NCBI GenBank assembly: GCA_963748215.1
Contig: CAVVHS010000006.1
Location: forward strand, 576,001 to 640,000
Direction of reading: 5' to 3'
DNA length: 64,000 nucleotides
DNA from: an uncultured Gammaproteobacteria bacterium
GTDB lineage: Bacteria > Pseudomonadota > Gammaproteobacteria > UBA9214
This document shows, one piece after another, positions 1 to 9,501 of this stretch. Positions within the stretch are counted from its first letter, which is position 1. Every line of letters starts with the position of its first letter. Made by a program: the position numbers and the translations under genes. Under the pieces are notes generated by a model. The model saw nothing but the letters and a program-made list of their open reading frames with translations. It had not been told where the DNA came from and searched no databases.

Positions 1-96
1 CTGCCTTTCGAGGTGGCGCTCGGGCAGGTCTATGACGGCACCATCCGCGATGCCAAGACCATGCTCGGACTGACGCTGTGTGCCAACCGGCTGTAA
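1..96 (+). CDS. C-terminal fragment of a NUDIX hydrolase (ADP-ribose pyrophosphatase-like), truncated by the window edge
   Basis: Frame 1 reads LPFEVALGQVYDGTIRDAKTMLGL...*; the G.I.DAKT motif is typical of NudF-like C-termini. Confidence 0.6.
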   Translation: MPFEVALGQVYDGTIRDAKTMLGLTLCANRL

Positions 97-130
97 ACAG
101 CGTGCAGACAATCTTGCACACACACCCGGC

Positions 131-722
131 ATGAACCACGCACTGCGGGAACAGCTCCTGGCATTGCAGCAACGCGATACCGATACCCGCAGCCGGCTCC
201 TCGCCGAGGGTCGCCTGTATGGCGACTATGCGGAGGACATGCAGCAGGTCCATCGCGACAATGCCGAAGCGCTGGAGTGCATCATCGCTCAATACGGCTG
301 GCCCGGGGTGTACCCTGGTCGGCACAGACGGCGCAGGTGCGGCCTGGCTCATCGCTCAGCACGCCATCTGCATCCCGGCGCTGCAGCGCGGCTTTCTCGC
401 GCACCTCGAGTCGGCCGTTGCGCACGGCGAGGCCCCGCCGCGACAGCTTGCCTATCTGACCGACCGCATCCGCTTCAACGAGGAACGTCCGCAACGCTAC
501 GGCCTGGTGCTGGACTGGGACGCCGACGGTCAGCTGAACTGCACCGTGGAAGACCCGGAGCATCTCCATGCACGCCGCGCCGCCATCGGCCTGCCCCCGT
601 TTGCAGAGGACCTGGCCCGGGATCGAGCGGCGGTCGCCGCGGAAGGCGGACACTGCCCGGAAGATGTTGCGGCCTACCAGGCCCGGCGCCGCGCCTGGGC
701 GCACCGTGTCGGTTGGATCTAG
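131..722 (+). CDS. DUF6624-like protein with an apparent +1 frameshift near 305
   Basis: MNHALREQLL...IIAQYGWPG (ORF 80..766) continues as LVGTDGAGAAWLIAQHA...AYLTDRI...QRYG (ORF 219..722); extra G in ccgggg. Confidence 0.65.
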
Positions 723-845
723 CCGCATGGGGCCCCGCTGTTCCCTGGCCACACGAAAAGCCGTAGAGTGGCGTCATGCCGGCAGGCACCCCCGTGACGG
801 CCTGATGCATCGGGCCGGCATACCGACTCCTGCTGTAAGGATCAC

Positions 846-1817
846 ATGACATACGCCTTTCGCACTCTCCTGCTCGTGGCTGCGCTGGCGCTGGCAGGCT
901 GCCAGCCCAGCCCGTCCTTTGAAGTCGTCGGCACGCTGGAATGGGACCGCATCGAGCTCACCGCCGATGCGGCCGAGCCCATCGTGACCATCGCGGTACA
1001 CGAGGGCGAGACCGTCACGGCCGGTCAACTCATCCTCAGCCAGGATGCGCGGCGCGTGCAGGCGCAACTGGACCAGGCTAACGCCCTGCTCGCCCAGCAG
1101 GAGGCACGGCTGGCGGAACTGCAACGCGGGCCGCGTGTCGAGCTGATCACGCAGGCACGGGCGCAGCTCGCCGGTGCCGAAGGCACGCTTGCCAGCGCCC
1201 GGCACGAGCTCGAGCGGGTCCGGCCGTTGGTCGCGAAGCAGCTGCTGAGCCCGCAGGACCTCGACCAGGCACAGGCAGCGTACGATACCGCGCTCGCCGC
1301 GCGCGATGCGGCACGTGCCGCACTGGCACAGCTCGAAGCGGGCAGCACGCGGGAAGAACTGGACCAGGCACGTGCTGCAAGTGCGGCCGCGGCCGCGGCC
1401 GTACGCGTGCTGGAGGTGAGCCTGGGACGTCTCGCGGTACACGCCCCTGCGAACGGGGTCATCGATGACCTGCCGCTGGAACCGGGCGAACGACCGCAGG
1501 CCGGTGCCGTGGTCGCGGTGCTGCTGGCAGGCCAGGCCCCGCATGCCCGCATCTACCTGCCGGAACCCCTGCGCACACAGGTACAGGTCGGCAGCAAGGC
1601 AACGGTGCTGGTCGACGGCATCGAACAACCGTTCCGCGGTCACGTACGCCGCGTCAGCGCCGATCCCGTCTTCACGCCCTATTATTCACTCACCGCTCAC
1701 GACCGCTCCCGGCTCAGCTACCTGGCCGAGGTCGAGCTCGACGACGCGCAAGCCCGGCAACTGCCCGGTGGCGTTCCCCTGCAGGTCACCTTCGATGCCC
1801 AGCCCGCCGGACAGTGA
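846..1817 (+). CDS. HlyD-family periplasmic adaptor (YbhG-like), lipoprotein signal
   Basis: LALAGC lipobox, V.EG..V..GQ and AP.NGVI lipoyl halves, coiled-coil hairpin; lies before ABC genes. Confidence 0.9.
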   Translation: MTYAFRTLLLVAALALAGCQPSPSFEVVGTLEWDRIELTADAAEPIVTIAVHEGETVTAGQLILSQDARRVQAQLDQANALLAQQEARLAELQRGPRVELITQARAQLAGAEGTLASARHELERVRPLVAKQLLSPQDLDQAQAAYDTALAARDAARAALAQLEAGSTREELDQARAASAAAAAAVRVLEVSLGRLAVHAPANGVIDDLPLEPGERPQAGAVVAVLLAGQAPHARIYLPEPLRTQVQVGSKATVLVDGIEQPFRGHVRRVSADPVFTPYYSLTAHDRSRLSYLAEVELDDAQARQLPGGVPLQVTFDAQPAGQ

Positions 1818-2772
1818 ACCGGTTGGCACGGATGCAGCCGTCGTCACACGCGGCCTGACGCGCCGCTTCGGCACCCTCACCGCCGTCGACCACGTCGACC
1901 TCGACATCCCGCGCAATGCCATCTACGGCTTTCTTGGCCCGAACGGTTCCGGCAAGTCGACCACCATTCGCATGTTCTGCGGCCTGCTCACGCCCAGCAG
2001 CGGCACGGCAACAGTGCTGGGTCTGCAGATGCCGGACGAGGCCGAGGCGCTCAAGCACAGGATCGGTTACATGACCCAGCGCTTCTCGCTGTACGAAGAC
2101 CTGACGGTACGGGAGAACCTCGATTTCGTTGCGCGCATCTACTGCCTGCCTGCCGCGCGCCGCCATGCGCGCATCGGGGAATTGCTGACCGACTACCACC
2201 TGGAAGACATGGCCGGCCAGCGCGCCGGCACCCTGAGCGGCGGCGAGAAACAGCGCCTGTCGCTGGCTGCAGCGACCCTGCATGAACCGGAACTGCTGTT
2301 CCTGGACGAGCCGACCAGCGCGGTCGATCCGCAGAGCCGGCGTGATTTCTGGGAAAACCTGTTCCGGCTGGTCGATGCCGGCACCACCATCCTGGTGTCG
2401 ACACACTACATGGACGAGGCCGAGCGCTGTCACCGCCTCGCCATCCTCGACCACGGCGTGGTGCGTGCCGAAGGCACGCCGCAGCGGCTGATGGCAGACA
2501 TGGCGGCGACCGTCGTCGAGGTGCAGGCAGAGGACTACCGGCAGATACGTGCGGCGCTGCGCGCGCTGCCCGAGGTGCTCAGCGTTGCGCAGATCGGTGA
2601 GCGGCTGCGGGTATTGCTGTACCGCGAGACTGTGGCGCCGGACAGCGTGGTGCGCGACGCCCTGCAGCAGGCCGGTGTGGTGGCAGACGTCGGTATCGTC
2701 GAGCCCAGCCTGGAGGACGTGTTCGTGACCGCCACGCAGGCGGCCAGGCAGACAGGCGGTGCCGCGGCATGA
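1795..2772 (+). CDS. ABC transporter ATP-binding protein
   Basis: GPNGSGKST, LSGGEKQR, FLDEPT, STHYMDE; in-frame ATG at 1795. Confidence 0.92.
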   Translation: MPSPPDSEPVGTDAAVVTRGLTRRFGTLTAVDHVDLDIPRNAIYGFLGPNGSGKSTTIRMFCGLLTPSSGTATVLGLQMPDEAEALKHRIGYMTQRFSLYEDLTVRENLDFVARIYCLPAARRHARIGELLTDYHLEDMAGQRAGTLSGGEKQRLSLAAATLHEPELLFLDEPTSAVDPQSRRDFWENLFRLVDAGTTILVSTHYMDEAERCHRLAILDHGVVRAEGTPQRLMADMAATVVEVQAEDYRQIRAALRALPEVLSVAQIGERLRVLLYRETVAPDSVVRDALQQAGVVADVGIVEPSLEDVFVTATQAARQTGGAAA

Positions 2773-3884
2773 CCCGCTGTTACATGCGCCTGTTCGCGAT
2801 TATGCGCAAGGAGGTGCAGCAGCTGGCGCGCGACCGCCTGACACTGGGCATGATCGTCGGCATACCCATGATGCAGATGATCCTGTTCGGCTACGCCATC
2901 AATACCGATGTCCGGCATCTGCACGGGGCAGTGGCCGACGCGGCGCAGACGCAGCTGTCGCGGCAGCTGGTGGCCGATGTCCAGGCCTCGCAGGTGATCG
3001 ATGTGATTCATGTTGTGCAGACCGGTGCACAGGTGCAGGCGCTGCTCGATCGCGGCACGATCGCCGTCGGCATCGTCATTCCACGCGATTTCGAAAGGCG
3101 CCTGCAGGAACGCCGGCGCCGTAATGGGCGTCCGGCCGCGCAGTTGCTGGTGGATGGCAGCGACCCGATCGTGCTGGGCGCCGCACGCGGTCTGACGGGC
3201 CTGCAGCTGCAGCAGGATACCGACCGGCACGAACCGCCCGTCGTGCCGCTGTTCGAGGTGCGCAATTTCTACAATCCGGAGCGACGCTCGGCCGTGTTCG
3301 TGGTACCCGGACTGATCGGTGTGATCCTGACCATGACCATGGCGATGTTCACGGCGGTGGCCATCGTACGCGAGCGCGAACGCGGCAACCTGGAGATGCT
3401 GATCAACACCCCGGTCAGCTCGCTGGAGCTGATGATCGGCAAGGTACTGCCGTTTGTGGCGATCGGTCTGGTGCAGGTGACGCTCATCATGCTGGTAGGC
3501 ATGTGGCTGTTCGATGTGCCCATCACGGGACAGGTGCGCGATGTCTACCTCGCCGCGCTGCTGTTCATCGCCGCCAACCTCACGCTCGGGCTGCTGATCT
3601 CGACGCTGGTACAGACCCAGTTCCAGGCCATGCAGATGACCATGTTCTTTTTTCTGCCCTCGATCCTGCTGTCCGGTTTCATGTTCCCGTTCGACGGCAT
3701 GCCGCGCGCGGCGCAGTACATCGCCGAGCTGCTGCCGCTCACGCATTTCGTGCGCCTGATCCGCGGCATCATGCTGCGCGGCGCGGAGCTGGGCATGATG
3801 ACCGGCGAACTCTATGCCCTGGCGGCCTTCCTGCTGGTGACCATGGGGATCGCGGTGCTGCGCTTCAGCAAGCGACTGGACTGA
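2769..3884 (+). CDS. ABC-2 type permease (YbhR/YbhS-like)
   Basis: YNPE...VPGLIG, RERERGNLE, LSGFMFP motifs; ATGA overlap with the ATPase gene. Confidence 0.92.
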   Translation: MTRCYMRLFAIMRKEVQQLARDRLTLGMIVGIPMMQMILFGYAINTDVRHLHGAVADAAQTQLSRQLVADVQASQVIDVIHVVQTGAQVQALLDRGTIAVGIVIPRDFERRLQERRRRNGRPAAQLLVDGSDPIVLGAARGLTGLQLQQDTDRHEPPVVPLFEVRNFYNPERRSAVFVVPGLIGVILTMTMAMFTAVAIVRERERGNLEMLINTPVSSLELMIGKVLPFVAIGLVQVTLIMLVGMWLFDVPITGQVRDVYLAALLFIAANLTLGLLISTLVQTQFQAMQMTMFFFLPSILLSGFMFPFDGMPRAAQYIAELLPLTHFVRLIRGIMLRGAELGMMTGELYALAAFLLVTMGIAVLRFSKRLD

Positions 3885-3936
3885 TGGCGGCCGGCCGTCG
3901 CAGAATCAGCGCGGGTTGCCACCGGGAGGTACCCTA

Positions 3937-4584
3937 ATGCCCCCGCGTATGGTGTTGCTGCTGGTCGGGCTCGCACTGCTGACCGTGCTGATCCAGATCA
4001 ACCTGCTGGCGATCGCCTTCGACAAGCTGGGGCTGTCGCCGCACGCCGCCATGACCCTGGTGCTGTTTGCGCTGTTCGGCAGCGCCATCAACCTGCCGCT
4101 GGCGCGGATCACGGCCGAGGCGCCGGCGGAACCCCCGCCGCCCCTGCCCGCCTGGCTGCAACCGCTGCAGATTCCGTTCGAGGGCACGACCCTGATCGCG
4201 GTCAACCTCGGCGGCTGCATCATCCCGGTGGCTTTCTCGGCCTACCTGATGGCGCACAATCCGCTGCCATTCATCGAGGTACTGTCGGCCATCGCCATTG
4301 TCAGCCTCGTCAGCAACCGGCTCAGCCGCCCCATACCGCGACTGGGTATCGCCATGCCGGTACTGGTCGCGCCGTTCACCGCCGCCCTCACCGCCCTGCT
4401 GATCAATGCCGAACACGCCGCCCCGCTGGCCTACATCAGCGGCACCCTCGGCGTGCTGATCGGTGCCGACCTCCTGCGTCTCGGCGATATACGCAAAATG
4501 GGTACACCCCTCGCATCCATCGGCGGCGCCGGCACCTTCGACGGCATTTTCATTACGGGGATCGTGGCGGCGCTGCTGGCCTGA
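3937..4584 (+). CDS. DUF1614-family membrane protein
   Basis: GSAINLP, AVNLGGCIIP, GVLIGADL, SIGGAGTFDGIF motifs. Confidence 0.85.
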   Translation: MPPRMVLLLVGLALLTVLIQINLLAIAFDKLGLSPHAAMTLVLFALFGSAINLPLARITAEAPAEPPPPLPAWLQPLQIPFEGTTLIAVNLGGCIIPVAFSAYLMAHNPLPFIEVLSAIAIVSLVSNRLSRPIPRLGIAMPVLVAPFTAALTALLINAEHAAPLAYISGTLGVLIGADLLRLGDIRKMGTPLASIGGAGTFDGIFITGIVAALLA

Positions 4585-4593
4585 TCATCTATT

Positions 4594-4648
4594 GAAAGAT
4601 CCGGATGCATGCCGCGTAAAACGCGTAAACTGTATCCGGCCCCTCTCT
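4594..4648. repeat. Variant hairpin R0 (CCGGATGCA...TGTATCCGGCCCC)
   Basis: Inverted arms around cgcgtaaaacgcg; the right arm tgtatccggcc recurs at ~11238. Confidence 0.55.
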
Positions 4649-4652
4649 GGGG

Positions 4653-4714
4653 GAAATCGGGGTCAGAGCACAATATTCGCTAATATTAGGAACAATTGTG
4701 ATCTGACCCCAGTT
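4653..4714. repeat. GGGGTCAGA-type hairpin R1 (subfamily A)
   Basis: gaaatcggggtcagagcacaat...attgtgatctgaccccagtt. Confidence 0.9.
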
Positions 4715-4823
4715 GCTCCAGTTGCCATGCCGTTCTAGATTCTTGCAGGAATGACCACTTTGGGTCGCCTTCCGGCTACAAGACAATTCTTTTAGAGAGC
4801 AGTCTACGGATGTGTTCCTGTTG

Positions 4824-5360
4824 CTAGTCCAGTGACAGCGCAGCTATTTTCTGCAATCCCTGGCGGATGTTGTCTTGTGCGGCTCCCTCAACTGCAAGTC
4901 GGATTCGCGTTACGGCAGCGAATGCTTCGCCAGCGGTTGCTGTATGAGAAGACTTTACAGATTCTCTCATGACGGCATTGCCAGTTCTCGTATTCACCAG
5001 TGACCATGCCATTTCCATATCGATCGTGAAAGAAAATCCGAACATGGGTTTTGACATGCTGATCAGTGACACGCTCAGCATGTAATCCGCACCATCGCCC
5101 TTGATCACGCTGGAAAACAGACCGGACGTCTTAATGGATTCCTCGATAGCGGCGGCCAGATCCTCGTTGGATATGTTTGTATAGTCCATGGCGCCGGTTT
5201 CGCCACCACCACTTGTTCTGATGCTGACTGAATACGGATGCCTGGCACCGAACGACGTGTCATCGACCACGAGTGCTTGCTTGCTTGCCGGCGATGCGCA
5301 GCCGGAGAGCCACACAACGATGGAGCATGCCAGTACCTGACGGATAAGATTAATTGGCAT
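4824..5360 (-). CDS. Hypothetical lipoprotein
   Basis: WLSGC lipobox; AT-richer than flanks. Confidence 0.75.
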   Translation of the reverse strand: MPINLIRQVLACSIVVWLSGCASPASKQALVVDDTSFGARHPYSVSIRTSGGGETGAMDYTNISNEDLAAAIEESIKTSGLFSSVIKGDGADYMLSVSLISMSKPMFGFSFTIDMEMAWSLVNTRTGNAVMRESVKSSHTATAGEAFAAVTRIRLAVEGAAQDNIRQGLQKIAALSLD

Positions 5361-5805
5361 TGTCGGCTCCTTGCTTCTGCTTACTGAAGAAGATGTTGGT
5401 GAGTACCTCGTCCACCATTCCCTCCTGCGATTTTCTTGTCATGGATGTATGAAATGAGTTCCCGGTAGCAAGCGGGAAATCTGTTTTTGGCTCTCTCAGA
5501 GTTACGGTCAGTTCGAGCATGTACATCGTGATATCCCAGAACCATTTATCTACGTAGGTGACGATTGCATCGACATCGGCTTCGGTCTCTGACACCTGAA
5601 AGCCCATTTCCAAAAGTTTTCTCTTTATCACGAGATTGGTATCCCTCGTGTCATCGCTGTATTTTTTCACATAGAATAGCTTGAGACTGGACAGGTCTGT
5701 CGTCTGGTCAACGGTTGCCGTCGCCCGGTTTATAGCGCAGCCATGCAGTAAGGCAAGCACCATCAGCAACACAACGATAAATTCCGTTTTTTCCTTTTGT
5801 AGCAT
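5350..5805 (-). CDS. Hypothetical lipoprotein
   Basis: LLHGC lipobox; Y.DKW.WDITMY motif; overlaps the next gene. Confidence 0.75.
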   Translation of the reverse strand: MLQKEKTEFIVVLLMVLALLHGCAINRATATVDQTTDLSSLKLFYVKKYSDDTRDTNLVIKRKLLEMGFQVSETEADVDAIVTYVDKWFWDITMYMLELTVTLREPKTDFPLATGNSFHTSMTRKSQEGMVDEVLTNIFFSKQKQGADNAN

Positions 5806-5851
5806 GGCTTGCTCCTTGTTTTATGTCTTTACCCGGTTGTGCAGCAATATG

Positions 5852-6373
5852 TTACTCAAACGCGTCGTCACTTCCAGAAAATGTTTTATCCTGTCCGGCA
5901 GATACCGATTCCTGTATGTACGCGCGCTTTTCTTCTTCCCATTGTATTTTCGAATTTTCGTCGAGCCAAACTTCAGGTTCCATCCAGATTACTACCTTGT
6001 CCGGGTAGCGCTGGGCAGCTCCGGACGATGCGTCGAATAGAATCCCTATTCCACCACCGAGGATTACATTACCCATGGTTGCGCCGGCAATCGCCTCATC
6101 GAGCTTCAGGGTGGCAGGCTTGTAGCCGGGCTTTGTGCAAGTAACTATTAGCGGGGCATTCCCCCTGGTCATATAAGTCGTTCCGGGTGTGCGGGGTATG
6201 AATGACCGGTTGCCCTTGCTGTCAACCAAAGTACAGCTTGCGCCGGTTACATTCTTTTCAGTAACGACCCGGATGCCCTGGTCCGTACCAGAAGTGATAG
6301 TGGCGCAACTTGATATTGCACAGCCAGCGAATGCCGCGATGCAAATGCATTTTAATTTCCACAAAACTTCCAT
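5852..6373 (-). CDS. Hypothetical lipoprotein with glycine-rich GNVILGGGIG motif
   Basis: Start MEVLWK at 6373; ISSCATI lipobox; C-K-GY and GNVILGGGIG..DA.SGA pattern. Confidence 0.75.
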   Translation of the reverse strand: MEVLWKLKCICIAAFAGCAISSCATITSGTDQGIRVVTEKNVTGASCTLVDSKGNRSFIPRTPGTTYMTRGNAPLIVTCTKPGYKPATLKLDEAIAGATMGNVILGGGIGILFDASSGAAQRYPDKVVIWMEPEVWLDENSKIQWEEEKRAYIQESVSAGQDKTFSGSDDAFE

Positions 6374-6527
6374 GTTGCTCTGCCGTCGCAAGTTATATCC
6401 CGTCCAATCGCTAATACATGAAACCGGTAATAAACAAGCGCTCCGGGTACTGATCCTTGTCAGTTTGGGTGGTAATAATATGCAATACAGGGGACAGCGC
6501 CTACCTCTGGAGTGGAATGACGAGGGT

Positions 6528-6588
6528 AAATCGGGCTCAGAGCACAATATTCGCCAATATCAGGAACAATTGTGCTCTGAGCCCAGTT
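6528..6588. repeat. GGGGTCAGA-type hairpin R2 (subfamily A)
   Basis: Near-identical to R1; the core change GGGCTCAGA/TCTGAGCCC is compensatory. Confidence 0.9.
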
Positions 6589-6597
6589 GTTTTCGCT

Positions 6598-6679
6598 ACC
6601 GGCTAAGCCGCCCCATACCGCGACTGGGTATCGCCATGCCGGTACTGGTCGCGCCGTTCACCGCCGCCATCACCGCCCT
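6598..6679 (+). repeat. 82-bp copy of an internal part of the DUF1614 gene (source 4316-4397)
   Basis: Direct comparison gives 80/82 identical. Confidence 0.92.
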
Positions 6680-7269
6680 TTGAATACTGCCTTGAGTATG
6701 AAATGGGTCGGCATGAATATGAGTAAGGGGTACGCACACATCAGCAACGCCAGATACAGAGGACCGGAGACCCATGTCTGGGGCGGGTTGCCGATACCAA
6801 AGACCCAGTTGAGGTTTCTTTCCGGATCGGTGGCCAGGTAACAGACCGGAAGCAGAACCCAGATCAACACTGTCTGCGCATAAACGGCACGCCTGTCGTA
6901 GCCCAGACGATGGATCATCCAGAGCAGTAGCACGGGCAGGACGACATGGAACAGGGAAAAGAACCTGAACAATAGCGTGTGACGGGATTCAAACATGTAC
7001 CCGGTCGCGTTGAGGCCGATCACATCGAAACCTGCAATCAGGCGCAGAAAATAATCCAGGTTCCAGGCCAGCTCCGGCAGCAGCACGCCAACCGCCATCA
7101 TACTGGTGAGAAACCGGTTCTCCATCCAGAGCGCCGGCACAACAGACAGCAGCGCGATATCCGATAACCAGAGAAAATTCGCCGGCCCCCGCTCCATCCA
7201 GTAAACAGGCACAAGGATACAGACAAAGAGCGTACAGGCTATCTTCAGCCACAGGGAAAGCATCATCAC
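6670..7269 (-). CDS. Hypothetical integral membrane protein
   Basis: Multiple TM segments; NFLWLSDI, SLFH, N.NWVFG motifs. Confidence 0.8.
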   Translation of the reverse strand: MMMLSLWLKIACTLFVCILVPVYWMERGPANFLWLSDIALLSVVPALWMENRFLTSMMAVGVLLPELAWNLDYFLRLIAGFDVIGLNATGYMFESRHTLLFRFFSLFHVVLPVLLLWMIHRLGYDRRAVYAQTVLIWVLLPVCYLATDPERNLNWVFGIGNPPQTWVSGPLYLALLMCAYPLLIFMPTHFILKAVFKGR

Positions 7270-7360
7270 GACAGGTATCCAGTGTCTATGCGGGCCTGTT
7301 TATCATTTGTCAAACGACAAACCGTTCGCGTTTTATATCATTGAAATGCCGGCTTGCCAG

Positions 7361-7380
7361 CAGATCAATCGAGTCTGACA
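7361..7380. repeat. Isolated right arm of a subfamily C hairpin
   Basis: cagatcaatcgagtctgac is identical to 14271-14289. Confidence 0.75.
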
Positions 7381-7399
7381 CACTACTGTCCCTCATAAC

Positions 7400-7486
7400 C
7401 GTCATTCCCGCGAAGGCGGGAATCCAGGAATTTTTGTGCCCCTGCTAATCAGTGACTGGCTGGATACCCGCCTTCGCGGGTATGAC
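7400..7486. repeat. CGTCATTCCCGCG-type REP-like palindrome pair
   Basis: cgtcattcccgcgaaggcgggaatccag ... ctggatacccgccttcgcgggtatgac. Confidence 0.8.
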
Positions 7487-7535
7487 ATCATTGTTGTTCT
7501 GGAACTTCATGTCCAGGTACAGCCCAACACAATCC

Positions 7536-7650
7536 AAGGAACCTCTGATTAATTCACTCACCGTCATCCCGGCGCATGCCGGGATCCAGTGTTATTAATG
7601 GCCTGGATGCCGGCTATCGCCGGCATGACGAATCAATCGGAGATTCCCTT
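7536..7650. mobile_element. Inner MITE-like element enclosing a second CGTCAT-type palindrome pair
   Basis: aaggaacctctgattaattc ... gaatcaatcggagattccctt imperfect TIRs; inner pair at 7562-7630. Confidence 0.6.
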
Positions 7651-7728
7651 ATCACTGGATCAGCCACATTCAATAAATTTCCAAATGATTATGAGGGACA
7701 GCAGGGAATCTGATCCCCATTGATCCTG

Positions 7729-9267
7729 CTATTGCTCTACCCCCGCAAACGCGATCCCGCTCAACTGCGCCAGTTCCGGCTTGCAGGTCGCAAGATCGTC
7801 CCGGCTGAACGCGTTCAGGTGCGCATGGCCGCAGGCCCTGGCCATCACCTGCATCAGCTCGACGGAGGCGCCGAGAAATCTCGCCAGCTTCAGCGCGGAC
7901 GCGTCGACGTCCAGGCGCCGGCGCAGTTCGGGTTGCTGGGTGGCGATACCGGAGGGGCAGTTGTTGGTGTTACAGATGCGTGCCGCGATACAGCCGATGG
8001 CCTGGATGGCACTGTTTGCAATGGCGATGCCGTCCGCGCCGAGCGCCAGCGCCTTGATGAAATCCGCCGGCACCCGCAGGCCGCCGGTAATGATCAGCGT
8101 GACCCGCCCGCTGGCGCCTGCCTGGTCGAGGCAGCGCCGGGCGCGCGCCAGTGCCGGGATAGTGGGTACGCTGATGTGATCGCGGAACAGCAGCGGGGCC
8201 GCGCCGGTGCCGCCACCGCGCCCGTCCAGGATGATGTAATCCGCGCCGGCCTGCAGGGCGAACTCGATGTCGCGTTCGATGTGGTTCGCGCTCAGCTTGA
8301 AGCCGACCGGGATGCCGCCGCTCACTTCGCGCACCCGGTCGGCGAAACGCCTGAAGTCCGCCGGGTTCTCCAGGTCGGCGAAGCGCGGCGGTGAGACCGC
8401 CGCCTGTCCCGCCGGGATGCCGCGCACCTCGGCGATCCTGTCCGAGACCTTCGCCGCGGGCAGGTGTCCGCCGGTGCCCGTCTTGGCGGCCTGGCCGCCC
8501 TTGAAGTGGAACGCCTGCACCTGCCGCAGCAGTTCCTCGCGATAACCGAACTTCGCACTCGCCAGCTCGTAGAAGTAACGGCTGTTGGCCGCCTGCTCCT
8601 CCGGCAGCATGCCGCCCTCCCCCGAGCAGATACCGGTACCCGCCAGTTCGGCGCCCTGCGCCAGCGCGACCTTCGCCTCCTGCGACAGCGAGCCGAAGCT
8701 CATGTCCGAGACGAACAGCGGCATCTCCAGGCGCAGCGGCCGGCGCGCTTCCGGGCCGATGACGAGGTCCGTTCCCACTGCCGCGTCCTCCGCGAGTGGC
8801 CTGTGGGCGAGCTGCGCGACCATTAGCTGGATGTCGTCCCAGTGTGGCAGGCGGTCGCGCGGCACCCCCATCGCCGCCATCGGCCCGTGATGCCCGAACA
8901 CCGCCAGGCCGTCGCCGGCCAGCGCATGGATGAACTCCACCGTCGGCTCCTCGGCCGTGGGGTGTACCGGCGGTACGGGGCCCTCATCGCCCGCGACCCC
9001 CGGTCCCTCCTTGCCCACCTGCTCCGCCGTGAACTGCTTGTGGCTACCGTCGCAGTACGGCGCGTTGCGGGTGTGCTTGCAGGCGCACAGATAGGCCTCG
9101 CTGTCCTCGTCGGCGACGATGACCTTCGGCGCAAACGGGGTGTTGACGTGCGAACCGTCGCAAAACGGCTGGCTGCGCGAGCGGCCGCAGGTGCAGAAAT
9201 GGTATTCGTGCCCCTTTTTCAGGTTGACCCTGACGGGCTTGTTGTCGGCGACAATCGGGTGCTTCAT
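7729..9267 (-). CDS. FMN-binding glutamate-synthase-family protein with two N-terminal CDGSH Fe-S domains
   Basis: CTCGRS..QPFCDGSH and CACKHT..PYCDGSH; MSFGSLS, SGEGG, GQAAKTGTGGHLP, C..ARIC.TNNCPSG. Confidence 0.9.
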   Translation of the reverse strand: MKHPIVADNKPVRVNLKKGHEYHFCTCGRSRSQPFCDGSHVNTPFAPKVIVADEDSEAYLCACKHTRNAPYCDGSHKQFTAEQVGKEGPGVAGDEGPVPPVHPTAEEPTVEFIHALAGDGLAVFGHHGPMAAMGVPRDRLPHWDDIQLMVAQLAHRPLAEDAAVGTDLVIGPEARRPLRLEMPLFVSDMSFGSLSQEAKVALAQGAELAGTGICSGEGGMLPEEQAANSRYFYELASAKFGYREELLRQVQAFHFKGGQAAKTGTGGHLPAAKVSDRIAEVRGIPAGQAAVSPPRFADLENPADFRRFADRVREVSGGIPVGFKLSANHIERDIEFALQAGADYIILDGRGGGTGAAPLLFRDHISVPTIPALARARRCLDQAGASGRVTLIITGGLRVPADFIKALALGADGIAIANSAIQAIGCIAARICNTNNCPSGIATQQPELRRRLDVDASALKLARFLGASVELMQVMARACGHAHLNAFSRDDLATCKPELAQLSGIAFAGVEQ

Positions 9268-9392
9268 GGTGGCTCCTGTGCATGCGCAAAGGTTATCCGG
9301 AACCTGCACAGGGTACCGGCCGACACCGCTCATGAAAAGCCGGCAGCCGCAGGGGGCTTCAGTGTCACCCGGCAGGAACCGATGTAATCTTC

Positions 9393-9447
9393 AGGGTCAG
9401 ACGCCAATAATTGCCGGACACCCGAAGATCGATGGCCTCTGACCCCG
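9393..9447. repeat. GGGTCAGA-type hairpin R3 (divergent)
   Basis: agggtcagacgcca...tggcctctgaccccg. Confidence 0.7.
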
Positions 9448-9501
9448 TGTAGCGTTTGCTATACTTGTTTTCAGTTGCTGACATAGGAGGGTGTGGCAGT
9501 G

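Larger units (their letters stand above)
7383..7704. mobile_element. MITE-like element with terminal inverted repeats, containing nested repeats
   Basis: ctactgtccctcataa ... ttatgagggacagcag (15/16 inverted match); no ORF. Confidence 0.65.

Noticed and set aside
6189-6683. Plus-strand ORF ending in DUF1614-like residues
   Set aside because: Chance read-through of hairpin R2 into the duplicated 82-bp fragment, antisense to a real lipoprotein gene.
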